Assembly: GCA_016183025.1 (NCBI GenBank)
Contig: JACPFL010000027.1
Location: 1-60,663 of the forward strand
DNA length: 60,663 nt
Direction: 5' to 3'
Source: Deltaproteobacteria bacterium
GTDB taxonomy: Bacteria; Desulfobacterota; JACPFL01
A program made the position numbers and the translations under genes. Of this stretch, positions 17,587-25,435 are shown in pieces (the stretch's first letter is position 1; each line of letters opens with the position of its first letter). The notes beneath the pieces were generated by a model, which had not been told where the DNA came from, ran no database searches, and was given only the letters and a program-made list of their open reading frames with translations.

Positions 17587-17912
17587 GCCCGACGGACATC
17601 AAGGGCCACCTCGAGGAGCACCGGCGGCAGTCCGTCGAGGACAAGCTGGGGATCACCGAGTTCCGCGTGGACGCGGGCAACCCCCACATGAAGGTCAACC
17701 CGGACCTCTGCGCGGCCTGCGCCACGAAACCCTGTCTCTACGTGTGCCCCGCCAACAACTTCACGCTGGACGCCGAGGGGCGACTGGTCATGTCGTGGGA
17801 GGGGTGCATCGAGTGCGGGGCGGCCGTCACGGTCTGCCACACGCTGGGGAACAAGGGGCTCACCTGGACGTATCCGCGCGGCGGCTACGGCGTCCGGCAC
17901 ACCCAGGGGTGA
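17568..17912 (+). CDS. fixX: FixX-type ferredoxin-like protein
   Basis: Visible motifs are VEDKLGITEFRVDAGNPHMKV..., CAACATKPCLYVCPA and CIECGAA. The start is GTG 17568 or GTG 17583; the latter forms a GTGA overlap with the fixC stop at 17584-17586. Confidence 0.8.
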   Translation: MESHAVSPTDIKGHLEEHRRQSVEDKLGITEFRVDAGNPHMKVNPDLCAACATKPCLYVCPANNFTLDAEGRLVMSWEGCIECGAAVTVCHTLGNKGLTWTYPRGGYGVRHTQG

Positions 17913-17926
17913 GGGGGGGCGGAGAG

Positions 17927-19267
17927 GTGCTCACAGGGCCGGGGATCGGGCAGACCACCGGAGTGCGGGCCGGGGCATCGCCCCTCCGGGCCGCGACGAG
18001 TCAGGCCTGGCAGGTCATGGTGGGATCCTTCTTCATCGCCTTCATGACCTCGAGCACCTGGATGTCCTTCGGGGTCTTCTTCAAGCCGATCCTGCAGGAG
18101 TTCGGCTGGGACCGGGCGACCCTCTCGCTGGCCGTGGCCATCCAGATGATCGTGTACGGAACGAGCCAGCCGCTCATCGGACGGGCTGTGGACCGTTGGG
18201 GGGCCCGCCGGATCATCTTCCTGGGCGCCTGCCTGGCGGGCGGGGGCGCGCTGCTGCTGAGCTTTGTGCAGAGCGTCTGGCAGCTCTACCTCATCCACGG
18301 GGTGGTGGTCTCCGTGGGGATCACCTGCTCCTCCCCGGTCACGCACGGCGTGCTCATCTCGAACTGGTTCCGGGCGCGCCGGGGGTTCGCCCTGGGGGTG
18401 GCCTCCGCGGGCGGGACCGGCGGCGGGCTTATCCTGATCCCGCTCCTGAACGCCCTGATCCTGTCCGTGGGGTGGCGTCAGGCCTATCTGCTTCTGGGCA
18501 CGGCCATCCTGCTCATCGCGCTCCCCATCATCCTGGTGATCATCCGGAGCACTCCTGCCGACCGGGGCCTGCTTCCCTACAGCGGCCCCGCTGGCGCCGG
18601 AGAGACGCAAGATGGGCGGGGCCGGGCCCGGGTGTTGCCCGCGGGCGAGCCGGCCGCCGTGGCGGGCCTGGGGCCCCCCGTGGCGAGCGACGAGCTGCGA
18701 GGCGCGATGCGCACCCGCCCCTTCTGGCTCCTGGCCGCCGGGTTCTTCGTCTGCGGCTTCACCTGGCAGCTCGTCATCACGCACCTGGTCCCCTTCGCCA
18801 CGGACCTGGGGCTCTCCCCGACCCAGGCGGCCAGCGCCATGGGCCTGGTGGCCGGCGCGAACTTCCTGGGGTCCCTCAGCATGGGCGCCCTGTCGGACCG
18901 GGTCGGACGGCGGGGGCCCCTTGCCGCGATGTACTTTCTGCGCGGGACCGGGTTCCTCCTGCTGCTGCTCGCCCCCTACGGGCCCACGGTCTTCATCTTC
19001 GCCGTGCTCGCAGGCTCGACCCTGCTGGCCACGGTCCCGCTGACGGCCGCGATCTCGGGGAATCTCTACGGCCTGCGGAACCTCGGCGCGATTTTCGGGA
19101 CCCTCACCCTGATCCACCACATCGGGGCCTCCCTGAGCGTGTATGCGGCCGGGGCGATCTACGATGCGTTCGGCTCTTACAGCGCCATGTTTCTGGTGGG
19201 AGGCCTGCTCGGGCTCGCGGCGGGCGTTCTCAGCAGTCGCGTCCGGGAACCACGGACCCTGCCGTAG
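17927..19267 (+). CDS. MFS transporter (oxalate/formate-antiporter-like subfamily suspected)
   Basis: I trimmed the track ORF (17450..). The hydrophobic 12-TM-like pattern begins at MVGSFFIAFMTSSTWMSFGVFF, with the loop motif GRAVDRWGARR. The start is GTG 17927 (purine-rich stretch upstream) or ATG 18017. Confidence 0.75.
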   Translation: MLTGPGIGQTTGVRAGASPLRAATSQAWQVMVGSFFIAFMTSSTWMSFGVFFKPILQEFGWDRATLSLAVAIQMIVYGTSQPLIGRAVDRWGARRIIFLGACLAGGGALLLSFVQSVWQLYLIHGVVVSVGITCSSPVTHGVLISNWFRARRGFALGVASAGGTGGGLILIPLLNALILSVGWRQAYLLLGTAILLIALPIILVIIRSTPADRGLLPYSGPAGAGETQDGRGRARVLPAGEPAAVAGLGPPVASDELRGAMRTRPFWLLAAGFFVCGFTWQLVITHLVPFATDLGLSPTQAASAMGLVAGANFLGSLSMGALSDRVGRRGPLAAMYFLRGTGFLLLLLAPYGPTVFIFAVLAGSTLLATVPLTAAISGNLYGLRNLGAIFGTLTLIHHIGASLSVYAAGAIYDAFGSYSAMFLVGGLLGLAAGVLSSRVREPRTLP

Positions 19268-19354
19268 CCTTGACACTCCGGATGGCCTCCTGCTACAAGC
19301 ACAGCGTGCCGGACCGGATCAGCCGAGAGCTGCCGGGGAGGGGGGACTGAGCGC

Positions 19355-20467
19355 ATGGCCACGTTCACCGTGATCGATGCGGACTCGCACGTGGAAGAGC
19401 CGACGGAGGCGTGGGCGTTTCTTGATGAGCGCTACGCGGCGCGCAAGCCCTTCGTCGTGACGGCGGAGAACCGTCCGATCCTGGCCGAGATGAACGCCTT
19501 CTGGTACATCGACGGCAGGGTGTTCCCCCGCCCCGTGGGACGAGGGACCACCGTGTTCGGGACGCCGCTGGCCCAGGTCTTCGCGGGCAAGAAGCGGTTC
19601 AGCCCGGGGAGCCAGAGCCTCACGGACGTGGAGGCGCGGGTCCGGGACCTGGACGCTGCGGGGATCGACCTCCAGGTCGTCTTCCCCAGCATCTTCCTCG
19701 AGCCCCTGAGCGACGACGTGCAGTTCGAGGCGGCGCTCATGCGCAGCTACAACACCTGGATCGGGCAGGCGTGCGCGCGGCGCCCCGACCGGCTCAGGTG
19801 GGCGGCCATCATGCCCATGCGCCACGTCCCCGCGGCCGTCGAGGAGCTGCGACGGGCCAAGGCGCTCGGGGCCGTGGGCGCGGCGCTCTTCGGCACCGTC
19901 GGGGAGACCATGCTCCACGACGAGGCCTTCGATCCGTTCTTCGCCGAGGCCGAGCGGCTCGACATGCCGATCGGCGTCCATGCGGGGTGGAGTCATCCGG
20001 GGATCCAGCGCAGCCTGGACACCTTGCCCGGGGCGCGCGCCCTGGGGTTCACCCTGCCCTCCTTCCTGGGCTTCTACAGCTTCCTGGGGGCCGGGATTCT
20101 GGACCGCTACCCGCGCCTCAAGGTGGCCTTCCTGGAGGTGGGGGTCGAGTGGGTCCCGTACCTCGTGCAGCGGATGGACCATTACTTCCACGGGGACAGC
20201 CAGCTCGGCTGGCCCATCCCGGCCAAGCGGACCGCCCGGGAGTACCTGCGGGAGTGCCAGGTCTACTTCACCTGCGAGGCGGAGGAGGAGTTCCTGCCGC
20301 AGGCCGCGACGTACGTTGGGGAGGACCGCCTGCTGTTCGAGGCCGACATGCCGCACGCCGAGGCCAGGGACAATGCCCTCCACGAGATCCGGGGACGCGT
20401 GGACCTGAGCGACGCCCTGAAGCAGAAGATCCTCCACGACAACGCCGTCCGGTTTTACGGCTTCTAG
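19355..20467 (+). CDS. Amidohydrolase-2 (ACMSD-like metal-dependent hydrolase/decarboxylase) family protein
   Basis: The 370-aa protein shows VIDADSHVEEP (the metal-binding HxH-type start), IGVHAGW, and the C-terminal FEADMPHAE...ILHDNAVRFYGF. A GGGGAGGGGGG SD lies before ATG 19355. Confidence 0.8.
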   Translation: MATFTVIDADSHVEEPTEAWAFLDERYAARKPFVVTAENRPILAEMNAFWYIDGRVFPRPVGRGTTVFGTPLAQVFAGKKRFSPGSQSLTDVEARVRDLDAAGIDLQVVFPSIFLEPLSDDVQFEAALMRSYNTWIGQACARRPDRLRWAAIMPMRHVPAAVEELRRAKALGAVGAALFGTVGETMLHDEAFDPFFAEAERLDMPIGVHAGWSHPGIQRSLDTLPGARALGFTLPSFLGFYSFLGAGILDRYPRLKVAFLEVGVEWVPYLVQRMDHYFHGDSQLGWPIPAKRTAREYLRECQVYFTCEAEEEFLPQAATYVGEDRLLFEADMPHAEARDNALHEIRGRVDLSDALKQKILHDNAVRFYGF

Positions 20468-20589
20468 GTCGCCGTGGTGCGGCTCCGGAACCCCACGGGA
20501 GCCATCGTCGCCGTGATGGAGCCTGGGGCCTTCGTGACGCCATCGCGCGCGCTCATACCGGAGCCCTGAGGGCCGCCCTGTCTCCCGCG

Positions 20590-21309
20590 ATGGACCTGAC
20601 CGCGATCCGCCGGCTCCTCACGGCTGTCCGCCAGGAAGGCCGTCTCGCCCTCACCGAGCCCGAGGCGCTCGCCGTGCTGGACCTGGCCGGGATCCGGGTG
20701 ACGCGGGCAGGGGTGGCCGGAACGGTGACGGAGGCGGTGGCGCTGGCCCGTGAGCTTGGCTTCCCGGTGGTCATGAAGATCGTCTCCCCGGACATCCTTC
20801 ACAAGTCCGAGGCGGGCGGGGTGCGGGTGGGCGTGACCTCCGAGCGGGAGGTCCGGGCCGCCTACCGGGCGCTCGTGGCCCGGGCCCGGGCGGTTCGACC
20901 CACCGCGGCGATCCGCGGGATCCTGGTGCAGGCGCAGGTCGCCGCCGGGGTCGAGGCCATCGTCGGGAGCACCACGGACCCGCAGTTCGGCCCGGTGGTG
21001 ATGTTCGGGGCCGGTGGACTGCTCGTGGAGCTCCTCGGAGACGTGACCTTCCGGGTCGCCCCGCTGACCCGGGACGACGCTGCGGACATGCTCGCGGAGA
21101 TCCGGGCCACAAAGCTCCTCGACGGGTTCCGCGGGCAGCCGCCGGTGGACCGGGCCGCGCTCGTGGACGCGATCGTCCGGCTGGGGACCCTGGCCTACGA
21201 GCTGCGCGACGAGATCCGCGAGGTGGAGGTCAACCCCCTTATCCTCGCTCGCGAAGGCGTGACGGCGGTGGACGCCCTGCTCACGCTCCATCCCGTGGCC
21301 GTCGCATGA
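20590..21309 (+). CDS. NDP-forming acyl-CoA synthetase, beta (ATP-grasp) subunit
   Basis: I trimmed the track ORF (19771..) to ATG 20590. LTEPEALAVLDLAGIRV ... FPVVMKIVSPDILHKSEAGGVRVGV ... VEVNPLI is the ATP-grasp domain pattern of ADP-forming acetyl/acyl-CoA synthetases. Confidence 0.8.
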   Translation: MDLTAIRRLLTAVRQEGRLALTEPEALAVLDLAGIRVTRAGVAGTVTEAVALARELGFPVVMKIVSPDILHKSEAGGVRVGVTSEREVRAAYRALVARARAVRPTAAIRGILVQAQVAAGVEAIVGSTTDPQFGPVVMFGAGGLLVELLGDVTFRVAPLTRDDAADMLAEIRATKLLDGFRGQPPVDRAALVDAIVRLGTLAYELRDEIREVEVNPLILAREGVTAVDALLTLHPVAVA

Positions 21310-21331
21310 GCCCGCCGGCCCGACGCAGCGC

Positions 21332-22726
21332 ATGAGCGCCTTCACCCCGCTGCTGGAGCCCCGTTCCATCGCCGTCGTAGGCGCCTCCACGGTCGAGGGG
21401 AAGACGGGGAACGTCATCCTGTCCAACCTGATAGAGAACGGTTTCGGTGGTCCCGTGTACCCGATCCATCCCACCGCGTCCGAGATCCTGGGGCTCCGGG
21501 CCTATCCGACGCTGAGCCACGTGCCGGGGCCGGTGGATCTGGTCTTCGTCGTGGTCCCCCGCGAGCTGGTCAAAGAGGTCATGGAGCAGTGCGAGCGGAA
21601 AGGGGTGCGCGCGGCCTGCATCGTCTCCGCTGGGTTCGCGGAAGCGGGAGAGGAGGGGGCCAAGGCCCAGGCGGAGCTGGAGGCGATCATCCGGCGATCG
21701 GGGATCCGCTGCATCGGCCCCAACACGATCGGCTTCGTGAACGCCCAAACGCGCGTCGTCGGCAGCTTTACGCCCCTGCGGGAGTGGCGGGCCGGTCCGG
21801 TGGCCCTGGCCGCCCAGTCCGGGACGTTCTGCGGCGCCCTGGCTGACGAGCTGCTCGCGCTCGAGTCCCAGCGACTGGGATTTGCCCTGGCGGTGAGCCT
21901 CGGGAACAAGATCGATCTGGACGAGGTGGACTTCGTGACCTACGCGGGGGCGAACCCGGCGGTCCGCGTCGTGGCGCTTCACCTGGAGTCGCTCAGGCGG
22001 CCCCGGGCATTCCTCGACGAGGCGGGACGGGTCGCGCGGGAGAAGCCGGTGGTGGTGCTCAAGCCCGGGCGGTCCGCGACGGGGGCCCGGGCCTCGGCGT
22101 CCCACACCGGTGCGCTCGCGGCCAATGATCGCCTGGTCGACGCCGGGTTCCGCCAGTTCGGGATCACGCGCGCGTATGACCTGGAGGAGTTCCTGGCCTA
22201 CATCAAGGCCTTCGCGTACCAGCCGCTGGCGCCGGGGCCGCGGGTGGGGATCGTCACCTGGAGCGGGGGGAACGGGGTGATGGCGGTCGACGAGATGGCG
22301 GAGGCCGGCCTGGAGCTGGCCACCTTCGTCCCCGAGACCGAGCGGCGCCTGGCGGCCATGCTCCCGGCCTGGCAACCCGCGCAGAACCCCGCCGACCTCT
22401 GGATGGCGCTGGGGTCGGGGAATCGCCGGGCCCACGAGGAGGGGATCGGCGCGGCCCTGGATGACCCGGGGACCGATGCGGTCCTGGCGATCCTGCTCCC
22501 CCTGCCGATCACGGACTTTCCGGAGGTGCGGGAGGTCTTCGCAGCCGCCAGGGCGCGGCACCCGGAGAAGCCGCTCTTCCTGACGATGATCGGGGGACCG
22601 GTGAAACGTCGGTGGATGACGGAGCTGGAAGGGCTGGAGATCCCGATCTTCTCCGGGACACGCCTGCCGGTCCTGGCCCTCGCAGCCATGGAGCGGTATC
22701 GGCGCTACCGGGAGCGCGGCCGCTGA
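21332..22726 (+). CDS. NDP-forming acyl-CoA synthetase, alpha (CoA-binding/ligase) subunit
   Basis: PRSIAVVGAS...GNVILSNL...YPIHP is the CoA-binding domain, and GPNTIGFVN ... SHTGALA contains the phosphohistidine loop. Length is 464 aa. Confidence 0.85.
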   Translation: MSAFTPLLEPRSIAVVGASTVEGKTGNVILSNLIENGFGGPVYPIHPTASEILGLRAYPTLSHVPGPVDLVFVVVPRELVKEVMEQCERKGVRAACIVSAGFAEAGEEGAKAQAELEAIIRRSGIRCIGPNTIGFVNAQTRVVGSFTPLREWRAGPVALAAQSGTFCGALADELLALESQRLGFALAVSLGNKIDLDEVDFVTYAGANPAVRVVALHLESLRRPRAFLDEAGRVAREKPVVVLKPGRSATGARASASHTGALAANDRLVDAGFRQFGITRAYDLEEFLAYIKAFAYQPLAPGPRVGIVTWSGGNGVMAVDEMAEAGLELATFVPETERRLAAMLPAWQPAQNPADLWMALGSGNRRAHEEGIGAALDDPGTDAVLAILLPLPITDFPEVREVFAAARARHPEKPLFLTMIGGPVKRRWMTELEGLEIPIFSGTRLPVLALAAMERYRRYRERGR

Positions 22727-22810
22727 TGGCGGGGATGCGAGGGGAAGGACAGGAGGCGCGGCGAGGGGACCCGCGGGTCGGGGCTGTAAGTCCGCGAGAT
22801 TCTTTTGGTG

Positions 22811-22840
22811 TTGACAAGGTTGCCGAAGTTGGCGTAACGT
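22811..22840 (+). promoter_or_regulatory. sigma70-like promoter candidate for the HU/IHF gene
   Basis: TTGACA (22811-22816), an 18-nt spacer, then TAACGT (22835-22840), 30 nt before ATG 22870. A G-rich SD is present (GGGGAGGGGGGG). Confidence 0.35.
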
Positions 22841-22869
22841 CCGCGCCTGTGGCGATGGGGGAGGGGGGG

Positions 22870-23145
22870 ATGAACAAATCGGAGCTGATCGAGAAGTTGG
22901 CGGAACGGTCAAAGGTCCCGAAGAAGAAGGCTGAGGAGGTCGTGGAGACGGTCTTCGAGGCCATGAAATCGGCCCTGGTGCAGGGCCAGCGGATCGAGCT
23001 CCGGGGCTTCGGCAGCTTCGTCAACCGCAACTACAACGCCTACATCGGCCGGAACCCCAAGACCGGCGCGAAGATCGAGGTGCCGCCCAAGCGCCTCCCG
23101 TACTTCAAGCCCGGCAAGGAGCTGAAGCTCAGGGTTGACAGGTAA
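22870..23145 (+). CDS. HU/IHF-family nucleoid-associated DNA-binding protein (IHF-beta-like)
   Basis: I trimmed the track ORF to ATG 22870. MNKSELIEKLAERSKVPKKKAEEVVETVFEAMKSALVQGQRIELRGFGSFVNRNYNAYIGRNPKTGAKIEVPPKRLPYFKPGKELK is a textbook HU/IHF sequence of 91 aa. Confidence 0.9.
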   Translation: MNKSELIEKLAERSKVPKKKAEEVVETVFEAMKSALVQGQRIELRGFGSFVNRNYNAYIGRNPKTGAKIEVPPKRLPYFKPGKELKLRVDR

Positions 23146-24073
23146 ACTATCCCGCCCTCCGCCATCGCCCCCCCCCGGCCTTCCCCAGAACACGGCCTGG
23201 AGCAACGTCGAGAAGGCGATCGCGCGCCTGAAGTCCGCCGGGGTCCTGACCCCCAGGGCCCTGCACCGGCTCCCGTTGGAGCGGCTGGCCCGGCTCATCG
23301 TCCCCGCGGGGTACTTCCGGGTGAAGGCGCGGCGGCTCAAGCACTTCCTGACGTTCCTCTTCCAGGAGTATCGAGGTCAACTGGCCCGGATGTTCGCGGA
23401 GCCGCTGCCGGCGGCGCGGCAGAAGCTCCTCGGGGTCAACGGGATCGGCCCAGAGACCGCCGACAGCATCCTCCTGTACGCCGCGGGCAAGCCGATCTTC
23501 GTCGTGGACGCCTACACCCGGCGCATCTTTGCCCGCCACGGGCTGATCGCCCGCGACGCGAGTTATGAGGAGATCCAGCAGCGGTTCATGCGAGAGCTGC
23601 GCCCGGACGCGTCGCTGTACAACGAGTACCACGCGCTGATCGTGCAGACAGGCAAGGAGTTCTGCCGGCGTGCGCCGCGATGCGAGGAGTGCCCGCTGGG
23701 CCGGCCTGAGCTGTTCGTCCCGACGAATCCCGAGGCTCGCCGTCTGCAGCGCCAGGCGCGGCGAGCACACGGGACCGCCACGGGACCGCCCCGCTCCACG
23801 CGGGCGCATCGTGACCGCCGCGGCATCCCGAGTGGCTGGGCCGGGCCTTGCGCCATTGCGCAGGGACTCGCGGCCTCCTCCTTGACAGGGCCGGCCCCGG
23901 CCCGTACGATGCGAGGGTGCTTGTGGGCCGGTAGCTCAGTCGGGAGAGCGCCGCTCTCACACGGCGGAGGTCGCTGGTTCGATCCCAGTCCGGCCCACCA
24001 GATGGTCGTTCCTTCCCGCGTGTTCTCCTCAGCCGGTAGCCAGCGGTCAGATGGCGGGTGCGGGTTGGGCTAG
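23135..24073 (+). CDS. Endonuclease III-related HhH-GPD protein (COG2231-like). It appears 5'-truncated and has no stop until after the tRNA gene, so it may be a pseudogene.
   Basis: The family-like part runs from about 23180 to 23710: QNTAWSNVEKAI..., LLGVNGIGPETADSILLYA, VVDAYTRRIF, and the FCL-type CRRAPRCEECPL. The usual ~35 N-terminal residues before QNTAW are missing, and the TTG start at 23135 overlaps the HU/IHF gene. The ORF also reads through the tRNA-Val promoter and gene. Confidence 0.5.
   Translation: MTGKLSRPPPSPPPGLPQNTAWSNVEKAIARLKSAGVLTPRALHRLPLERLARLIVPAGYFRVKARRLKHFLTFLFQEYRGQLARMFAEPLPAARQKLLGVNGIGPETADSILLYAAGKPIFVVDAYTRRIFARHGLIARDASYEEIQQRFMRELRPDASLYNEYHALIVQTGKEFCRRAPRCEECPLGRPELFVPTNPEARRLQRQARRAHGTATGPPRSTRAHRDRRGIPSGWAGPCAIAQGLAASSLTGPAPARTMRGCLWAGSSVGRAPLSHGGGRWFDPSPAHQMVVPSRVFSSAGSQRSDGGCGLG
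23882..23910 (+). promoter_or_regulatory. sigma70-like promoter for tRNA-Val
   Basis: TTGACA (23882-23887), a 17-nt spacer, then TACGAT (23905-23910). The -10 element ends 14 nt before the mature tRNA 5' end. Confidence 0.45.
23925..24000 (+). tRNA. tRNA-Val (anticodon CAC), CCA encoded
   Basis: I folded it by hand. The acceptor stem GGGCCGG/CCGGCCC has 7 bp. The D stem is GCTC/GAGC. The anticodon stem is CCGCT/GGCGG with loop CT-CAC-AC. The T arm is GCTGG-TTCGATC-CCAGT, with discriminator A and a terminal CCA. Confidence 0.95.
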
Positions 24074-25428
24074 CGGAGCAGGTCGAGCAGGTCGCTGATC
24101 CGCGGGAGGCGCTCCACCGTCTGCAGCAGGTGCAGCGTCTCCCGGACGGCCTCCGCCTCCAGCACGCCCCTGGCGCACTCCTGGAACTTCTCCAGGCGCT
24201 CGGGCTCGGACAGGGGATTGTCCGGGTGCCCGCGCGCTTTCAGGACAGTCTCGGCGAACGTGCGACCATCGTGGAGCTGGACCCGCACGCGCGCCGGGAA
24301 GTTCTCGGCGACATCCGGGGAATCGAGCTCCTCGGCCACCTCCATGCGCACGCGCTCGAGGATCGGCCGGGGGCGGGGCTCCCGGATGGCGGCATCCGTG
24401 AAGTGCTCCACCCGGACAGCCCCGGCGACCAGGGCCCGGGCCAGGCAGTAGGGCATGCTGAACTTCCCCTGAAGTCCCTCGACCGGGCGGTCGTAGTGCA
24501 GCATGCCGGGGGTCAGGCGAGGCACGCCCACCTCGATGGCCACCACATCCTCGGCCGTGAGCCCGTGCGTGGCACGCAGGGTCAGCAGGGCGTCGATGGC
24601 ACAGTGGGTGGCGGCGCAGGAGGGATATTTCTTCTGCACCACGCCGGGCACCAGGATGTCGAAGGGGGTGCCGAGCTGCCGCTCGATTCCCTCCGCAGGG
24701 GTGGGCCGCCCGCTCATGAGCTGCACGAACCCCGCGGGCCCCTCCAGGATCTCGCCGGCCCCCTCGAACCCCTCGCGGGCCAGCAGGGCCGCCAGTGCGC
24801 CGGCCCGGGCGGCATTGCCCGCGTGATACGGCTTCGCCATCGTGCCGAACTGGAGCTTGAGCCCGGCTGAGTGCGAGGTGGCCAGGGAGAGCGCCTGGGC
24901 GGTCCGTTTGACGTCGAGGCGCAGGAGGCGCGCGCTCGCTGCGGCCGCGGCCAGCGCGCCCAGGGTGGCCGTGGCATGCCATCCCCGGCGGTAGTGCTCG
25001 GGGTTCATGGTCCGGCCGAGCTTGGTCCCCACCTCGAGCCCGATGACGAAGGCCTCCAACACCTCGCGCCCGCTGGCCTGTTCGACCTCGCCCAGGGCGA
25101 GGAGGGCGGGGAAGATGGCCGCAGACGGGTGCGCGATCATCGTCCAGGAGGTATCGTCGAAGTCCAACGCGTGGGCCATGACCCCGTTGGCCAACGCCGC
25201 TTCGGGGACGGGCACCCGCTGGCCGCTCCGCACCACGGTGGCCTGGGCGGCGCCGGCCCATCCGGTGACCAGGCGAGTGATGATCCGGGCCGGGGGGCTG
25301 TCCGATCCGGCCAGGAGGGTCCCTGTCACGTCCAGCAGACAACGGTGGGCTGCCTGGAAGGCCTCGGGGGGGATCTTGAAGGCCGGGTGCTCGGCCGTGA
25401 ACCGGGCGAGCAGGCCGGTGAGGCCCAT
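24070..25428 (-). CDS. MmgE/PrpD-family protein (paralogue 1)
   Basis: The 452-aa protein shows ANGVMAHALDFDDT, RRGWHATATLGALAAAAASARLL, SHSAGLK and KPYHAGNAARAGALAALLAREGF, typical of the 2-methylcitrate dehydratase-like family. It starts 7 nt after the nitrilase gene stop. Confidence 0.85.
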   Translation of the reverse strand: MGLTGLLARFTAEHPAFKIPPEAFQAAHRCLLDVTGTLLAGSDSPPARIITRLVTGWAGAAQATVVRSGQRVPVPEAALANGVMAHALDFDDTSWTMIAHPSAAIFPALLALGEVEQASGREVLEAFVIGLEVGTKLGRTMNPEHYRRGWHATATLGALAAAAASARLLRLDVKRTAQALSLATSHSAGLKLQFGTMAKPYHAGNAARAGALAALLAREGFEGAGEILEGPAGFVQLMSGRPTPAEGIERQLGTPFDILVPGVVQKKYPSCAATHCAIDALLTLRATHGLTAEDVVAIEVGVPRLTPGMLHYDRPVEGLQGKFSMPYCLARALVAGAVRVEHFTDAAIREPRPRPILERVRMEVAEELDSPDVAENFPARVRVQLHDGRTFAETVLKARGHPDNPLSEPERLEKFQECARGVLEAEAVRETLHLLQTVERLPRISDLLDLLR

Positions 25429-25435
25429 GCGCGGG

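Noticed and set aside
22760-22810. Possible intrinsic terminator after the acyl-CoA synthetase genes: the palindrome GACCCGCGGGTC and a CGCGG...CCGCG stem, followed by AGATTCTTTT.
   Set aside because: The stem adjacent to the T-rich stretch has only 5 bp and a 15-nt loop, which is not convincing.
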